DNA of 64,000 nucleotides from NCBI GenBank assembly GCA_964016885.1, contig OZ024746.1:11904001-11968000 (forward strand), in the 5' to 3' direction. Under the pieces are notes generated by a model. It had not been told where the DNA came from and ran no database searches. It worked only from the letters and a program-made list of their open reading frames with translations. Below are positions 61,907-64,000 of the stretch, piece after piece; position 1 is the first letter of the stretch, and each line of letters opens with the position of its first letter. This DNA is from Eledone cirrhosa. Taxonomy: Eukaryota. The translations under genes were made by a program, and so were the position numbers.

Positions 61907-63566
61907 TCATCATCATCATCATCATCATCATCATCGTTTAACGTCCCTGTTCCACGCTTGCATGGGTTTGGACGGGGGTTTTCCCACTTGAGGCAAGAGT
62001 GCTTGTCTTGCTCGCATAGGACTGTCTGGCGGGTTTTCTACAGCTGGATGCCCTTCCTAACACCAACCACATTTACAGTGTGGGGCTGGGAGGTTTTTAC
62101 CGTGTTGCCTACACGGTCACATTACAGCGTGGACTGTGTGTTTTTTTTGTCGTGACACCTACACGATCTCGTTTGTTTCGGCCTGGATGTTGTGGCACCA
62201 ACATAACTTTGCATTGAAGGGGGCGGTGTGGATGGGGTGGGACGGGGGTGTATTTTGTTAGAGATGCCTACTGACTAGTAGGTTTTACTTTGTATTTAGG
62301 TAAGGCGGGTCTTCTCTGTTACTGAGTACCGCCAAAGGTCTCGGTCCAGTGACATTGTCTTGGAGAGGTGTAAGTGTGTGAGGTCGGAATTTATCAGCTC
62401 GTCCCAGGTTTTCCTGGGTCTGCCTACTCCGTGGCTACCATCTATCTTTATTGCCCTGCACTTTGTTATACAGCTGTCGTCTTTCATGCGCATCACGTGA
62501 CCATACCAACGTAGCCTTCTCTCAAGTAAACAACATCTGATCCCTCTTATTTCTAATTTTTTCCTTAGTTCGTTTATGCTTTGCCGTTCACGTATATTAC
62601 TATTACACATCCAGCGGAGCATGCAAGCTTCGTTCCTCTCTAGTCTGCGTATATCCTCTGCACACAATGCCCAGGTCTCACTGCCATGCAACATTGCTGT
62701 TCGTATGCAGGCATCATACAACCTGCCTTTCATTTTTAGGGAGAACCCTTTAGCGGCTAATAGTGGTATAAGCTCTCTGAACTTTTTCCATCCAGTTCTG
62801 ACTCTAGCTACTGTACTTTCAGAGCACCCTCCCACACTGCTGATTTTGTCACCCAGGTAACGGAAGCTGTCCACTATTTCTATAGAACACTCTGCGCAAT
62901 TGAAAGAGTTAGTATTTTGTGGGCACTTGCTGCTACTTATTGCACCAGAGCACCGGCCACATGTAAAATCTGTGTTCTTAGTTAGCTTACCTGTGATCCC
63001 ACTACATCTTTTTATGCACCCATACTTTGCATTTGGGACATAAAATGGAGTTTCTACCTACGCCTTTCCTACACACTGAGCATGGCCATTTCTCGGAGGG
63101 GACCGGCGCCTTATTTTCTTTCCTACAAACTAGAACTTTAGTTTTAGCCAGGTTAATTTTAAGGCCTTTTGATTCTAGGCCGTGCTTCCATGTTTGGAAT
63201 TTCTTCTCTAGCTCGGCCATTGATTCAGCTATGAGCGTTAGATCATCTGCGTACAGGAGTTCCCATGGGCAGCTGGTCTTGAACTCCTCTGTTATAGCCT
63301 GAAGGGCAATAATAAATAGTAGGGGGCTAAGAACAGAGCCCTGATGGACACCAACTTTTACGCTAAACTCTTCACTATATTCGTTGTTAATTCTAACCTT
63401 GCTGACTGTTTCTTTATACATGGCTTGTATGGCTCTCACAAGCCATTCGTCAACACCTAGTTTTCTAAGAGCCCATCAGATAATGGAACGGGGGACTCTG
63501 TCGAAGGCTTTCTCCAAGTCGACAAAAGCTAAGTATAGGGGTTTACTTTTAGCTAGGTACTTCTCT
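61907..63566 (-). mobile_element. RTE-clade LINE, 5'-truncated, ORF2 RT region plus 3'UTR and (GAT)n tail
   Basis: FVDLEKAFDRVP, GVHQGSVLSPLLF, YADD, FRYLG, YDACIRTAMLHGSETW, RLRWYGHVMR, GRPRKTW; premature TGA at 63478-63476; +1 frameshift at about 63010; stop at 62296. Confidence 0.93.
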
Positions 63567-64000
63567 GTGTATATGTATATATTTATTTACTGCACCACAT
63601 GTTACATAATCCCTTTGAATATTGTCTGAGTGAAGCTTTTATTCACTGAGTGTTCCACATGTATGAAAGAAACATGGGTATGCTGTAATAGGAAGAGCAT
63701 CTAGCTGTAGAAAATGTGCCAAACAACGGGTTCAGAGGACTCTTTAGCTGTGGTGCATGTACACACACTTACAGACATACACACACACACATAAATATAC
63801 ATACAATCAAACACACACACATAAACATAAATATACATACAGTCAAACACACACATAAACATACACATACAGACATAGATAAATGAACCAAACTACACAC
63901 ATCATCATCATCATCATCATTACATGGTGTTAGATCTTTCTCAAGGGTATTAGTGCTGTAATAACTTTAATAATAACTTTAATAATAAAAAGAAGAAAAT

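Overview
Eukaryotic, AT-rich, repeat-dense genomic DNA. The SINE/RTE repertoire and microsatellite load point to a coleoid cephalopod (octopus-like; inference). Two spliced housekeeping genes converge tail-to-tail: the last 8 coding exons of UBXN7 (+, 393-10619; UAS, UIM and UBX domains) and a complete 13-exon ZNF277 (-, 31854-11516; 444 aa, five C2H2 fingers). Their first canonical poly(A) signals face each other 13 nt apart. The remainder is introns and intergenic DNA containing RTE-clade LINE fragments (one fairly intact, with a C4HC3 PHD-like finger inside ORF2), tRNA-derived SINEs, MITEs (piggyBac, mariner, hAT, foldback), a small Helitron, and mini/microsatellites that generate the long spurious ORFs. 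The most unusual signal is a 133-bp palindrome at 46025-46157 in (TA)n repeats that encodes a complete minimal type I hammerhead ribozyme on the + strand and a near-copy on the - strand. A structurally parallel palindrome lies at 25401-25523 and a degenerate hammerhead-like motif at about 52.2 kb; all three are probably Penelope-like/retrozyme ends. No prokaryotic systems or CRISPR arrays were found. Gene and repeat identities come from recalled motifs, not database searches; repeat boundaries are approximate.
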